NCBI GenBank assembly: GCA_051305815.1
Contig: JBPPLV010000027.1
Span: forward strand, 61,428 to 125,427
Origin: Candidatus Malihini olakiniferum
GTDB lineage: Bacteria; Pseudomonadota; Gammaproteobacteria; Enterobacterales; Enterobacteriaceae
Direction of reading: 5' to 3'
Length of the DNA stretch: 64,000 nucleotides
Shown here in pieces: positions 23,482-35,907 of this stretch. The position numbers were made by a program, and so were the translations under genes. Under the pieces are notes generated by a model. That model worked only from the letters and a program-made list of their open reading frames with translations. It was not told the origin of the DNA and ran no database searches. Each line of letters begins with the position of its first letter. The stretch's first letter is position 1.

Positions 23482-24834
23482 TTACGCTGAAATTAAAATT
23501 TTCGTAGCAACCACTACCACAATCAGCCCGACCAACACCGGCATGACGTGAGTTTCACCACTTCAAACGGCGAGACCTTTGCCATCCCAGCGACCGCAAC
23601 CACCACGCCAGAAACAGGAGAAATGGTTCTGCCAAGGTTGGAGAGGCTGCACCATCGGAATAGCCAGATAAGCCGAGTTGATATCCATCTGTGAGGCCAA
23701 CTTGGGGATCAGTTCTACAAACGCATAAAAAGGTGCGTTGCCAGAGTCAGTTGTCATTGCCGCTAGCATGGTGATCACCACCAGCACCAACATGATGAGC
23801 AAAGCACCGCTACCAAAAGATTGCACCAACCGAATCAAACCGCTAATAAAACCGATGGTGCTTAGTCCCTGTGCAAACCACGCCAGTGACCACTAACAGC
23901 ATAACGACACTTGAGAATGCCTCATCCATGCCATTGGAAACGGCATCGAAACTAGCATAAATGGTTTTAGCATTAAAGAAAATAGGAAATCAAAAACGGC
24001 AGCCAACAACATACAGATCACCAGAATGATGATAATGTGCAGTTTCGGCCCCCGCTTGCCATCAAAAATCAGCACGCTAATGATAGGCGTGAACGGCAAT
24101 ACAGCCTACACGCGTAGCACATTAGTTTTAATGTCTTTCGCTTTAATCATTTCGTGGCGAATGCTCTCTTTTCGGTCGATATGGCGCTGCCAAAAGAAAT
24201 GTGCGATAGCTATACAGATAATGGCGGCGATGGAAATCGGCAGCGTCACCTTAAAGGCAAAATTTACCAGCTTCATCTGCGAAGCCTGTGCAGCCAGCAC
24301 CACATCGCCAGAGGTCTCGGGGATAGGATCTCAATGCCGCAGGCGAGGCGCAAATAGCGGCTGCCGCGCCACGGCTGATACTGACTTCACCATGACAGTG
24401 AACAGCGTTGCCATCAGCAACACCGCCAACCCCGTTGCGGATGACACGGCTAGTGATATCAGACAGGCAAAGAAATACGTAGTAATCATCAATAAATAAG
24501 GTGAGTTGATCACCTGCAGCGGTTGTGAAACCAGTTTTACCACGATGTTATTAGCACCAATATGCATCATGTAGACGACAAACCCATACAGCACTATCAT
24601 CATGCCGAGGTCACCATCGCGGCTTATCAGCAGAATTTTGACGTACTCAACGATATCAGTTAAGCCTCACCCAGTCGATTTTGTACTGGCTGGGAATATG
24701 TTTTTCCCCATCGCGACGCTAATCAGCAGTAGCAGCAACCCGCGCGCCAGCAGCATGCCGCTCGTGGAATAACCGTTAATAACGTAACAACCTACCATCA
24801 CCGTTACAATAACTCCTATAAGGGGTTCTATCAT
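23482..24834 (-). pseudogene. dcuC: Anaerobic C4-dicarboxylate transporter DcuC, multiply frameshifted
   Basis: Fragments in ORFs 24331..24603, 24106..24303, 23893..24099 and 23563..23838 are collinear with DcuC (..MHIGANNIVVKLVSQPLQVINSPYLLMI.., ..GDVVLAAQASQMKLVNFAFKVTLPISIAAII.., ..LPFTPIISVLIFDGKRGPKLHII.., ..TDSGNAPFYAFVELIPKLA..). Confidence 0.9.
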
Positions 24835-25221
24835 GATGTTTCTCTGTAAAAGTGAACGTAAAAAGCATCTGACAGGCAGACATCAGATAACGCTCTGGTA
24901 TAAGAAAGCGCGATAAAAGGAGGGGAGTTTACTGATTTGTAGAAAAACTACAAATGGCAAAAATCAAAGAAGTAAAGTTTATTTCTGGAAATGAGACAAG
25001 GTTAATAAACTGCTACTTGGCGTATTGAAAGAAAAAACATTTACGATAATCGTTATTAACCCCCGCTGTCATGCTCTCATGTAGGCTAGGGAGCTCTGGC
25101 AGAAGCAACGTGTTTAGTCTGTTGGAGATTCCCGTTTTCGCGGGAATTATGGATAGGGTGTAAGAATGACACAGGTTACACCTCTCTGTCCTCCTAGGAC
25201 TTGGGAGGACGAAAGAGAAGA

Positions 25222-27072
25222 TTAAAGCTTGTCGAGAAGCTGTTTCAGCCCTTTTCCCGTCTGGCTTTGCTGGTTTTTATCTACCCAATCATTAAGTCGT
25301 TTTTTCATCTCATCTTGCAGGCGCTTACGCAGCAACTGATCGACTTGCAGTTGATAACTCAGATTGTTACTTAGGCCATAAATGCGCAGCGGCACACTGG
25401 TGGATTTCAAAATCTCCACTAACTGCTCATTTCCACGCCAACCGTCGGTAATAAGCACGTTAAAGTTCATATCACACTGCTGAGCCGGGAGATCAAACTG
25501 GCTGGTTCCGGTTAGTGATAGCAGGGCCGATTCACCAGCAATGTCACTCACGCGCAGTTCTCCCGCATTAAGATCAGCATTGCCAGTCAGCCGTGTGATA
25601 TCGGTGTAACGTTCATAACGTTCTAATGCTTGAACACTGCTGTTGTTGCGCACAACGGCCAACTGAATCATTTGCTGAACATTCACACCCTGAAAGCGCA
25701 GGTTATCCACACTCAAGGCCGCGTTGCCACGCCACTGACGCATCAATGAATCCAACGAAAAAACATCACCACCAAACTGCCCTTTTAACGAGAGCTTACC
25801 ACTAAACGTTTGTGGCAATGAAAACACCACCGTCAGAGGTTCAACCTCTACATTTTCGATAACAAGCTGCAGAGTGATTTTCGGCGTTGTATTCACGTCC
25901 ATCTTTCCGGTTGTGGCAATACACCCACCATTGAGTTCACTCTGCAAGGTAGAGAAGGTCAGCACACCTGCGCGGTTGACCGCGTTGAGATTAACGTGGC
26001 TGAATGTTAGGCCACGGTAGATAAGCGTGTCCGCCTGCAACGCTAGTTGAGCACTGAACGATTGCCATAAAGCATCGCCCTCATGTCTCCCCCGCTCCGA
26101 CGATACCACTGGCGTAGCCGTTTTAATCACTGCTGACGTAGCATTCTGAGTTTGCGTCACGGGTGTACTTCCCAGTAACGCATCTAGATTTAACCGTGCA
26201 GCTTTAATGTCCAGCGTATAATCCGGGCGGTCCCCCAGCGCCGCTGAGGCATTCCCGCTCACTTGGCTGTCGTTCGCCGCCAGCGAGAATTGGCTTACTG
26301 TGATCTTTTCAGGTTGTGCATTACCTGAAGCTTGTTGATAGCTGGCTTGAAGGCTGCCATTGCCGATGATGCCACCAGAGGGTATACCTGCGCCTTGAAG
26401 CTGGTATTGGAATTGCTCGATAGTTGCGTTGATTTGCTGCGGATACTGCTGCATATCCAGGTTAGCTTGGAGTGAAACTGCTAGATCACGCTGATCGCGA
26501 TTAATGCGGCTAGTCAGCCCCAACTTAAGCTGTCGATCGTTGGTCTGTTCCAGTGTGAGATTGATATCACGTACGTTAAGCTGTTCATCTTCAATCCGTT
26601 GTAAAATCAACAGGCTATCCACGATTTTTAATTGATTGATGGCAAGCTGCCAGCTACGACCCTCTTCTGGGGTTGATGAGTCTGCTGGTGTAATGGCCGC
26701 ATTGCTAGAACGCTGCACTTCACTTTCTGGTGTCAGGCGTATGACCGCGCCTTTGAGCATCACTTGCTTTACTTCCAGGCGATGTGATAAAAGCGGCCAG
26801 AGTTTGACATCCAGACGCATATTCTTAGCACTGACAATAGGCGATGCTGCCCCCAATGCGGTTAACGACATGCCACCGGAAAGGATGCTGAGTTGTGGCC
26901 AAACATGCCAGCGTAAGTCTCCCTCCAACTGCAAACGGTATCCACTGCGTGCTTCGATCTGATTGACCATGTAAGCGCGAAAATCGTTGGGATTCACCAG
27001 CATGACCAGCGCTGTCATACCGACAGCCAGCACCACAAGCAGAATCGCCAGCGTCGTCAACACTCTTTTCAT
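25222..27072 (-). CDS. asmA: AsmA outer-membrane assembly / lipid-transport family protein
   Basis: The 616-aa ORF has an N-terminal anchor MKRVLTTLAILLVVLAVGM and conserved position upstream of dcd-udk. Confidence 0.9.
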   Translation of the reverse strand: MKRVLTTLAILLVVLAVGMTALVMLVNPNDFRAYMVNQIEARSGYRLQLEGDLRWHVWPQLSILSGGMSLTALGAASPIVSAKNMRLDVKLWPLLSHRLEVKQVMLKGAVIRLTPESEVQRSSNAAITPADSSTPEEGRSWQLAINQLKIVDSLLILQRIEDEQLNVRDINLTLEQTNDRQLKLGLTSRINRDQRDLAVSLQANLDMQQYPQQINATIEQFQYQLQGAGIPSGGIIGNGSLQASYQQASGNAQPEKITVSQFSLAANDSQVSGNASAALGDRPDYTLDIKAARLNLDALLGSTPVTQTQNATSAVIKTATPVVSSERGRHEGDALWQSFSAQLALQADTLIYRGLTFSHVNLNAVNRAGVLTFSTLQSELNGGCIATTGKMDVNTTPKITLQLVIENVEVEPLTVVFSLPQTFSGKLSLKGQFGGDVFSLDSLMRQWRGNAALSVDNLRFQGVNVQQMIQLAVVRNNSSVQALERYERYTDITRLTGNADLNAGELRVSDIAGESALLSLTGTSQFDLPAQQCDMNFNVLITDGWRGNEQLVEILKSTSVPLRIYGLSNNLSYQLQVDQLLRKRLQDEMKKRLNDWVDKNQQSQTGKGLKQLLDKL

Positions 27073-27116
27073 CTTATCCTCCCAACAATCAGTGCAACAG
27101 CACTATGAACTGGCGA

Positions 27117-27698
27117 TCAATCCTTATCAATTCGACTCGCCACAGCACCTTGTTGATCTTTGTATTTTGCGTCTTCACGCTGGTTATAGGGGCGTGCTGC
27201 TGGGCCAGAGAGCGGTTCAAAACTCAATGCGCCGATAATCATGCTAGGGCGTAATGCCAGCGGCAGCTTACCTGAATTATAGAACTCCAGCACAATTCTA
27301 CCCTGCCAGCCGGGATCAATGCGGTGCGCAGTAACGTGAACCATTAATCCCAGGCGCGCCAAAGACGAGCGACCGTCGAGCCAACCCACCAGATTGTCCG
27401 GCAACGTCACGGATTCCAACGTCACTGCTAACGCCAGTTCGCCGGGATGCAGGTAAAATGCCTCCCCTTCCGGCAAGTTGATTTCATCACTCATCACGCA
27501 ATCGAGCGCCGCGCTGACTTCATTTTTCGGGCCGCTTAAATCGATGAATGCAGCCGTATGGCCACTAAAAACGCGAAACTGATTCCCTAGCCGCACATCT
27601 ACCGTTGCGCCGTTAATTCTTTCAACGGGAGGATGGGGGGTGATAACCAGGCGTCCATCGTCTAGCCAGCTTTCTATGTCACGATCGCACAGTCTCAT
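27117..27698 (-). CDS. dcd: dCTP deaminase
   Basis: The 193-aa ORF ([14 protein letters not shown]...ASRIDKD) ends in TGA at the same position as E. coli Dcd. Confidence 0.97.
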   Translation of the reverse strand: MRLCDRDIESWLDDGRLVITPHPPVERINGATVDVRLGNQFRVFSGHTAAFIDLSGPKNEVSAALDCVMSDEINLPEGEAFYLHPGELALAVTLESVTLPDNLVGWLDGRSSLARLGLMVHVTAHRIDPGWQGRIVLEFYNSGKLPLALRPSMIIGALSFEPLSGPAARPYNQREDAKYKDQQGAVASRIDKD

Positions 27699-27735
27699 TT
27701 TATTCCCTTTTCACGTTTAAGTCGTCACTGGTGAA

Positions 27736-28327
27736 TTACTCAAAAAAATGACTTATTTTGGCTTTAAGAATATCAATCGCAATACGGTTTTTACTACCGT
27801 GTGACACGATGATATCTGCATATTACTTCGACGGTTCAATAAATTGCAAAAATATCGGGCGCACCGTTTTTTGATATTGCTCCATGACTGCGTCCATAGA
27901 GCGACCGCGTTCATTAACATTGCGGCGTATACGACGCAGCAGGCAAATATCCAGCGGAGTATCCACAAAAATGGAGAAATTCAGCTCAACACCAGGCTTA
28001 CTTCCGTTAAAAGCAGAATACCTTCCAAAATGATCACTTTCTTCGGCAACAAGCTAACTGTCTCTTGCTTGAGAGCATGTTCTACATAACTGTACTGCGG
28101 TAACTCAATCGCCTGCCCAGCCTTGAGTATTTGCAGATGTGTCAGTAACAGGCCATAATCCATGGCATTGGGGTGGTCATAGTTGGTTTTCACCCGCTCT
28201 TCCATACTATGCTCATCCCCTACCTGATCGCGCAACTCACGATAGAGCGTACTGGCAATAAACTCTTGCCAGAAGCGGATGCTCCTGTAATCCCGATGAT
28301 GACACACTGGGGAGACGTCGCAGCCAT
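27736..28327 (-). pseudogene. udk: Uridine kinase, frameshifted at the P-loop, internally deleted, 3' part in a third frame
   Basis: [23 protein letters not shown] is in one frame and [32 protein letters not shown]...[14 protein letters not shown] in another. The segment between GDEH and MEERV is shorter than in E. coli. The tail ..KAKISHFFE* is in another frame. Confidence 0.88.
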
Positions 28328-29177
28328 GACAATAAATGACCTGATAAATGAGGGAAATGCCAAATGGCATAGTAACGGTTAAACAAACAGTAACGAGCGA
28401 ATTATAGGGAGTTAAGGAAGGTAGCGCCAGGCCCTGCCCTACTCATGGTCATTTCCGTTTTGTAAAATGTTAAGTGAGCATGCACGCTCTATCTCACAAC
28501 GCTACGAAAGAGAACAAAAGCAAAGGAAGAATAAAATAAGGTGTGTGTGGGTTCATTTCCGCTCGCCGAACAAGCTCAACGACGATACTGGGCATTTTTA
28601 CCCTAGGGAATTTATAAAAGCCTATCCTATTGAGGAGATTTTACTTACCATTTTAGCTCAAGACAGTGCTCGAACACGTCACGTCCTACGAGTATGCTCT
28701 GTTTTATGTGCGCTATCCGTGGCGAAAACTGACTACGCCAATACAGCCCTACCAACCGGGATAGGCTCTACAGCGGTACTTTTCACAACATTACCAGCCG
28801 ACAGGTCTGCCGAAATCCGTGCTGTTATCGGCACACCCCCGATCGCGAATCTGTTTTATACGCACGTTTCTTTTATACGATCCATCACTACTAACAGAAT
28901 ATATGGGCCTGTGTGCACGCATGGTTGGCCTATTATTTTGATGAGCATCGTAGTTATAAGGCGTGCATGATAAGAGAGTGGCAGCCAGCAGTGCAAAAAA
29001 GAGCCATCGTAAAAATACCGTTTTCGCTTAGATGACCTAAAGTTGCCTGACATAAAAACGCAAACGCTTATGACAGGCAAATGGTCATTCAACGCGAGAA
29101 ATCGTCAAGTGCGCATGCATGATCGAGTCGAAAGCTCCCACATGCGTGGGAACCCCATAGACTGTTCGCAAAACCTT

Positions 29178-30250
29178 TCACACTGCGCAGAAAGAAATCT
29201 CGGTAGATATAATTCACCCTTGCCAATACAGCTGTGCGGCAACTGGCCCAGCCAGTTCACGATAGAGTGACGTAAATGCGCTGTCCGGCTTGCAAGCAAC
29301 CGTCGGCTCGCCGCGATCGAGGTCTTCACGCAAAGAAGATGTGCAACGGAATCTGCCCCAGCAGAGTATAGCTATACTTTTCCGCCAGTTTCTGCGCGCT
29401 ACCGGTGCCACAGATCTGCTCCAGATGAGCACAATGGCTACAGATATGCACGCTCATGTTTTCAATGATGCCAAGCACCGGCTGGCACGCTGACTTTCTC
29501 AAGCATCACAATCCTTTTCATAGCATCCATCAACGCGATATCCTTCGGCGTGGTCACGACTACGGCGGCATATCTAATACCAGATAATCGAGATCCGGCC
29601 AGAGTATATCCTGCAACAACTGCAATAGTGCTTTACTTGCCATCAGGCCACGCTACACAATGGCATTGTCATCCGTCACTAGATAACCGATAGAATTGGT
29701 CGCCAAATCATAGGTCATAATCGGTGCCATATGTTGACCATTAGGTGAGGTCGGGCGCTCGCTCGCTGTTCCCAGCATGGTTGGAATTGATGGACCATAT
29801 GATGTCAGCATAATACCTACTAACGCCTCTTTGCTGCCAGCGTCATGTTCACCGCTGTGCTGGATTTCCCTACTCTGCCCTTACCGGAACTGACAGCGAT
29901 GATGTTTTTCACCCCTTTGACACCCGCTTGATTGTTAACGTGACGCAGCGTGGCGATGCTCTACGTCAGACGCCATTCCACATCCTTGGCGCCAGTCAAA
30001 CGCATCAATTCAGGACTGACCTTCTCTTTCAATACCTCAAGACCGCTCAACCAGGCAAATGGCATGACCAGCTCAATGTGCAGCACGCCATCCCGCAAAG
30101 CGCAATGGTGCAATTCATTGAGCGTCGTCAGATTATTTTTCAGCGTCGGGTGTTTAAAAGTGGATAAAATACCGGTAACCAAAGCCTTCAGCGTATCAGG
30201 AGTTTGCTCAGGGCTGTGTGCGTTTATTCCGGCTCTTTATCGTTTTCATT
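29178..30250 (-). pseudogene. apbC: Fe-S cluster carrier ATPase ApbC/Mrp, multiply frameshifted
   Basis: The N-terminus ..LVTGILSTFKHPTLKNNLTTLNELHH...HIELVMPFAW is in ORF 29961..30182. The C-terminus ..SLREDLDRGEPTV..PDSAFTSLYRELAGPVAAQLYWQG is in ORF 29214..29432. The middle (P-loop region) is broken across frames. Confidence 0.88.
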
Positions 30251-30464
30251 ATTTTGTGGAAAAACTACTATAGCATAACAGAATGCCCCGCCCCGGTCGT
30301 TTACCTCAGCGAAAAAATCGGCCCGCATGCTGTGCAGGCGTAGCGAACGCGAGATTACCCGCGTTGAAAAGTGTTTTCCGCTTACAGCGGTTTACGCCGC
30401 AAGGGGCTGTCGGTTACCATCCGGATTCCCTCTCATCATCATGAAAGAAAGTAAGTTCCCCACT

Positions 30465-32492
30465 ATGACTCAACTCGCTAAGAAAATATTGGTAACCTGC
30501 GCGTTGCCTTATGCTAACGGATCAATCCACCTCGGCCACATGCTGGAGCATATCCAGGCTGATATTTGGGTCCGTTATCAGCGAATGCGTGGTCACCAGG
30601 TTCACTTTATCTGTGCGGATGATGCCCACGGTACGCCGATTATGCTGAAAGCACAGCAGATGGGTGTGGCACCAGAGCAGATAATTGCGGATGTGAGTCA
30701 GGAACATCAGCGGGATTTTGCTGGCTTTCAGATTAGCTACGACAATTATCACTCTACCCATAGTGAAGAGAACCGGGAGCTGTCCGGTCTTATCTATCGT
30801 CGTTTGAAAAAGAACGGTTTTATCAAGAACCGCACTATTTCTCAGCTCTACGATCCGGAAAAAGGCATGTTCCTGCCGGACCGTTTCGTCAAAGGTACCT
30901 GCCCGAAATGTAAAGCAGCAGATCAATATGGCGATAACTGTGAAGTGTGTGGTGCAACCTATAGCCCGATAGAATTGATCGATCCGAAATCGGCCGTTTC
31001 CGGTGCTACCCCCGTGATGCACGATTCAGAGCATTTCTTCTTTGATTTGCATGCATTCAGCGAAATGCTACAAGCCTGGACACGTTCCGGAGCGCTGCAG
31101 GAGCAAGTCGCCAACAAGATGCAAGAGTGGTTTGATGCCGGCTTGCAACAGTGGGATATCACGCGTGATGCGCCCTACTTCGGCTTTGAAGTACCGGATG
31201 CGACGGGCAAATATTTCTACGTCTGGCTGGATGCGCCAATCGGTTACATGGGGTCGTTTAAAAACCTGTGCGACAAACGTGGCGACATCAACTTTGATGA
31301 GTTCTGGCGCAAAGAGAGCAGCGCTGAGCTTTATCATTTCATCGGTAAAGATATCGTTTATTTCCACAGTCTGTTCTGGCCTGCCATGCTGGAAGGTAGC
31401 GGTTTCCGTAAGCCGACCAACCTGTTTGTACACGGCTATGTAACGGTAAATGGCACCAAGATGTCTAAATCGCGTGGCACCTTTATCAAGGCTGAGACTT
31501 ATCTAAAATACCTGGATGCCGACTGCCTACGCTATTACTACACGGCTAAACTATCGTCACGCATTGATGATATCGACCTCAACCTGGAAGATTTCGTACA
31601 GCGCGTTAATGCCGATATCGTCAACAAAGTGGTCAACCTCGCGTCGCGTAATGCTGGATTCATCAATAAGCGTTTCGGTGGTAAACTGGCAGAAACGCTG
31701 GCCGATGCAGAGCTTTATGCCACTTTTGCCAATGCGGCAGACATCATTGCTGAAGCGTACGCAAACCGTGAATTAGGTAAGGCCATCCGAGAAATCATGG
31801 CGCTGGCAGATATCGCCAACCGCTATATGGATGAACAAGCCCCTTGGGTAGTGGCAAAAGAAGAAGGCCGCGAGGCTGACTTGCAGGACATCTGCTCCAC
31901 GGGTATCAACTTGTTCCGCGTACTGATGATCTATCTGAAACCCGTATTGCCGTCACTGGCTGAGCGTGCCGAAGCGTTCCTCAACACCACGCTGACATGG
32001 GATGCGGTAGTGAAACCGCTATTGGGTCACGAAGTGAAACCGTTCAAAGCCTTGTTCAACCGTATCTATATTGACAAGGTCAATGCCATGGTTGATGCCT
32101 CTAAAGAGGACATGAGTGCCAAGAAGGTGGTAACCAGTCCACTGGCTGACGATCCGATTCAGGAAACCATCACCTTCGACGATTTTGCCAAAGTTAATAT
32201 GCGCATTGTGCTGATTAAACAGGCAGATTTCGTGGATGGCTCTGACAAGCTGCTGCGATTGACGCTGGATCTCGGCGATGAAACTCGCCAGATTTTCTCC
32301 TGCATCCGCACCGCTTACCCAGATCCGAAAGCGCTGGAAGGCCGTTTAACCATCATGGTCGCCAACCTGGCTCCGCGCAAAATGCACTTCGGCGTGTCTA
32401 AAGGTATGGTGATAGCGGCTGGCCCTGGCGGAAAGGAAATATTCTTGCTCAGCCCAGACAGTGGTGCACAGCCCGGCATGCAAGTGAAGTAA
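30465..32492 (+). CDS. metG: Methionine--tRNA ligase
   Basis: The start is placed at [25 protein letters not shown] (HIGH motif); the ORF-track start at 30327 is an upstream in-frame extension. The KMSKS motif is present, giving 675 aa. Confidence 0.97.
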   Translation: MTQLAKKILVTCALPYANGSIHLGHMLEHIQADIWVRYQRMRGHQVHFICADDAHGTPIMLKAQQMGVAPEQIIADVSQEHQRDFAGFQISYDNYHSTHSEENRELSGLIYRRLKKNGFIKNRTISQLYDPEKGMFLPDRFVKGTCPKCKAADQYGDNCEVCGATYSPIELIDPKSAVSGATPVMHDSEHFFFDLHAFSEMLQAWTRSGALQEQVANKMQEWFDAGLQQWDITRDAPYFGFEVPDATGKYFYVWLDAPIGYMGSFKNLCDKRGDINFDEFWRKESSAELYHFIGKDIVYFHSLFWPAMLEGSGFRKPTNLFVHGYVTVNGTKMSKSRGTFIKAETYLKYLDADCLRYYYTAKLSSRIDDIDLNLEDFVQRVNADIVNKVVNLASRNAGFINKRFGGKLAETLADAELYATFANAADIIAEAYANRELGKAIREIMALADIANRYMDEQAPWVVAKEEGREADLQDICSTGINLFRVLMIYLKPVLPSLAERAEAFLNTTLTWDAVVKPLLGHEVKPFKALFNRIYIDKVNAMVDASKEDMSAKKVVTSPLADDPIQETITFDDFAKVNMRIVLIKQADFVDGSDKLLRLTLDLGDETRQIFSCIRTAYPDPKALEGRLTIMVANLAPRKMHFGVSKGMVIAAGPGGKEIFLLSPDSGAQPGMQVK

Positions 32493-32502
32493 TCTTCAGC
32501 TA

Positions 32503-32526
32503 AGCCGCCTACAGGCGGCTTTTTTA
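32503..32526 (+). terminator. Rho-independent terminator of metG
   Basis: The hairpin agccgcct-acag-aggcggct is followed by tttttt. Confidence 0.8.
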
Positions 32527-32838
32527 TCTCTCTCTCCGCACCTAGAAACATCTCATTGACGTAGCATCTCTCCCTCTTTTTGTTGCTTGATTGTATCTTT
32601 TTTTACGGCGTATTTTTTCTATTTTGGCTATTTTTTACAGCGAAAAAAAGACCATCATATTACAAAAATGAAACCAAACGTTATATATAAAATTATATAT
32701 CGCTATAAAAATAGCTCATTAAAGGAGTAAAGAGTTGTTTTAAATACTTAAATTTTGATTTCATGCAAAAATCCCTATCTTAAGTATTGGTAAATTACCT
32801 GCAACAAAAAATAAACAAACCATCACCTAGGGAAACTA

Positions 32839-35800
32839 ATACAAATCAATAGAAGAAGTTTCTTTAAAGTTTGTGCAGGGGGTATGGCTGGCACCACCCT
32901 CGCCGCACTGGTCTTTGTCCCCACGGAAGCGTTAGCATCGGTTCGCCAGTACAAACTGTTGCGTGCCAAGGAACACATAACAACTGCACCCACTGTTCAG
33001 TCGGGTGTGATGTGTTGATATACAGCCTGGGTGATGGCGATAAAAATGCCAAACTTGCCATCTATCATATCGAGGGGGATCCTGAGCATCCGGTAAGCCG
33101 TGGCTCACTGCACCCTAAAGGTGCGGCTGATTGACTACATCCACAGTGAAGGCCGTTTGAAGCACCCAGAATATCGCGCGCACCGGGCTCAGAAAAATGG
33201 CAACGTATCAGTTGAGATGACACCATTAACCGTATCGCGCGTTTGATGAAAGCCGATCGTGATGTCAACTTTGAGCGCATTAACACCAAGGGCACCGTCG
33301 TTAACCGTTGGTTGACCATAGGTATGCTCTACTCTTCTGCCGACAGCAATGAAGACGGTATCCTCGATCAGAAATTTACGCGTTCGCTCGGCATGATTGC
33401 TATCCACTGCCAGGCGTGTCTGTGTCACGGTCTAACCTTTGCCGCACCACTCGCCTCTACATTTGGTCATGGCGCCATGACCAACAACTGGGTGGATATC
33501 AAAACGCCAACCTGATCATCGTTATGGGAGGCAACTCAGCAGAAGCACATACGGTTGGCTTTAAGTCGGCCGTCGAAGCAAAAAATCACAACGATGCCAA
33601 GCTTATTGTGGTTGACCCGTACTTTACTCCGCCGCTGTGGCCGACCTCTATACCCCCCATTCGCGCAGCCTCCGATGCTGCATTCTTGCTGGATATCATC
33701 AATTACCTGATTACACATGATAAAATTCATCATGAATATATTAAGCCTTACACCAGCGCCAGCCTGATCGTGCGTAAAGCCTACCATTTTGGTGAGGGAT
33801 TGTTCAGTGATTATAACGCAGAAACGCGTCAGTATGATAAAAGTAGTTGGAACTACGAGCTGGATGCTAACGGCTTTGCTAAACGCGATATGACGTTGAC
33901 TCACCCGCGCTGCGTATGGAATCTGCTGAAAGCACACGTTGCTCGCTACACGCCTGAAATGGTCATTTCCCTTTGCGGCACACCAGCACACCATTATGAA
34001 GAGATCTGCCGTTCTCTGGCAGAAACCAGCGCCCCCGACAAAACTGCGACCTTTATGTACGCCTTGGGCTGGATGCACCATACCAACAGCGCGCAGATAA
34101 TCCGTGCGGCTGCCATGATCCAGTTGCTGTTGGGTAATATCGGGATGGCTGGTGGCGGTGTCAACGCTTTGCGCGGCTACTTCAATATTTCAGAGCTATA
34201 CCGACTTAGGGCTGCTGAGCCTTAACCTGCCGGGCTATATGCCGCTGCCGTCTGAGAAACAGACCGATCTGAAAATTACCTGAAGCAGATCACGCCGGAT
34301 GCGCTGCTACCGGATCAGGTAAACTACTGGAAGAATACACCGAAATTCTTTATCAGCATGATGAAGAGTTTCTATGGCGACAACATGTAAGAGGATAACT
34401 AGTGGAGTTATGAGTGGCTACCAAAGTGGGATCGCAGCTACGACGTAATGGTGCAGACCTAGCTAATGGTTGAAGGCAAGATGAACGTCTACATTGTGCA
34501 AGGCTTCAACACGCTCGCCGCGTTTTTCAACAAGAATAAAGCTACTGAGGCACTCTCAAAATTAAAATATATGGTGGTTATCAATCCGCTCGCGACCGAG
34601 ACCTCCATATTCTGGCATAACCACAGTGAATTTAACGACGTAGACAGCGCATTAATCTATACCGAAGTGTTCCGTTTGTCTTTCAGCTGCTTCGCAGAAG
34701 AAAACGATTCTATTACTAACTCTGGCCGCTGGCTACAATGACACTGCGCTGCGGCGGAACCGCCTGCTGAAGGGCCGCACGACGCGAAGATTCTCGGTAA
34801 ATTGCTGATGCGCTTGCGCGAGCTGTATCGCGAAGAAGGTGGCGTATACCCTGAGCCGTTGATGAATATCAACTAGAACTATCAGGATCCGGAAGACCCG
34901 ACGCCGGAAGAGATCCGCTCGCGAAGGTAATAGTATGGCGCTGGCCGATGTTTATGACGACAAAGTCTCGCTGATCCTGAAAAAAGGTCAGCCACTGGCA
35001 GACTTCTCCCAGTTACGCGAGTATGGCACCACCGCCAGCTTCTGCTGGATTTATGCCGGTAGCTAGACGGAAAAAAGGCAACCAGATGGCGAACGGTGAT
35101 AACAGCGACTCGGGTCTGGGCGCAACACACCAGGTGGTTGGGCCTGGTGCTGGCCGCAAAACCGCCGCATCCGGTACAACCGTGCCTCCGCGGACCTGCA
35201 AGGGAAACCTTGGGACAGCAAGCGCAAACTGCTGGAGTGGAACAGTTAGAAATGGCAAGGCATTGATGTGCCAGATTTTTCTGTAACCGTACTGCCGGGT
35301 AAAGACACCATGCCATTCATCATGTTGCCGGAAGGCGTAGTACGTCTGCTTTCGGTAGATAAACTGGTCTATGGTCCGTTCCCAGAGCACTACGAACCGA
35401 TTAAGACACCGCTCGACACCAACCCACTGCACCCCTCCGTGATCTTAAGCCCTGCGGCACGTTTATTAGCGCGTGATACAAAAACATGGAAAAGGAAGGG
35501 ACTTTCCGTATATCTCCACCACCTATTCCATTACCGAGCTGTTCCGTCACTGGACCAAACATGCGCGCATTAACACCATTATCTAACCCGAACAATTTGT
35601 GGAAATTGGCGAAAACCTGGCGCAGAGTAAAGGGATTAAAGCAGGAGATGAGGTAAGGATTTCCTGTCAGCGCGGCTGTATCAAAGGCAAAGCCGTGATC
35701 ACTACACGTATTAAGAGCTGACTATCGCCTGTAAAGCAATTGAAACGGTCGGGGGATTCCTTGCAATGGGGGCTTTGAGGGCACCACGTGCAAAGGCTTC

Positions 35801-35890
35801 CTCGCGAATACCCTCACGCCCAGCGTCGGCGACGCAAACTCGCAAATACCAGAGTTCAAGGCGTTTTTGGTGAATGTGAAAAAGGTGTAA
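32839..35890 (+). pseudogene. fdnG: Formate dehydrogenase-N/O alpha subunit (molybdopterin, Tat-exported), heavily frameshifted; Sec position reads TGT
   Basis: The Tat motif NRRSFFKVCAGGMAGTT is preceded by ATA in place of ATG. Collinear pieces lie in ORFs 33243..33515, 33416..34225 and 34466..34741 and in the tail ..KAFLVNVKKV*. There are more than 10 frame changes. Confidence 0.92.
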
Positions 35891-35907
35891 GGTAGCGCGC
35901 TATATCA

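Noticed and set aside
25128-25147. The hairpin attcccg...cgggaat recurs at 37145..37167, raising the possibility of a REP-like element family.
   Set aside because: The shared part is only 7 bp per arm with different loops and flanks. Both are adequately explained as ordinary terminator hairpins.
28467-28970. A 167-codon plus-strand ORF between udk and apbC. A lipoprotein-like start (..LLAATLLSCTP..) also lies on the minus strand near 29000.
   Set aside because: I can assign no family to either strand, and the minus-strand reading breaks up quickly. This is probably debris of a lost gene and is too weak to annotate.
30327-30464. An upstream extension of metG (the ORF-track start at 30327).
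   Set aside because: The conserved MetRS N-terminus begins at [19 protein letters not shown] (ATG at 30465). The upstream 46 codons have no homology and overlap the divergent apbC promoter region.
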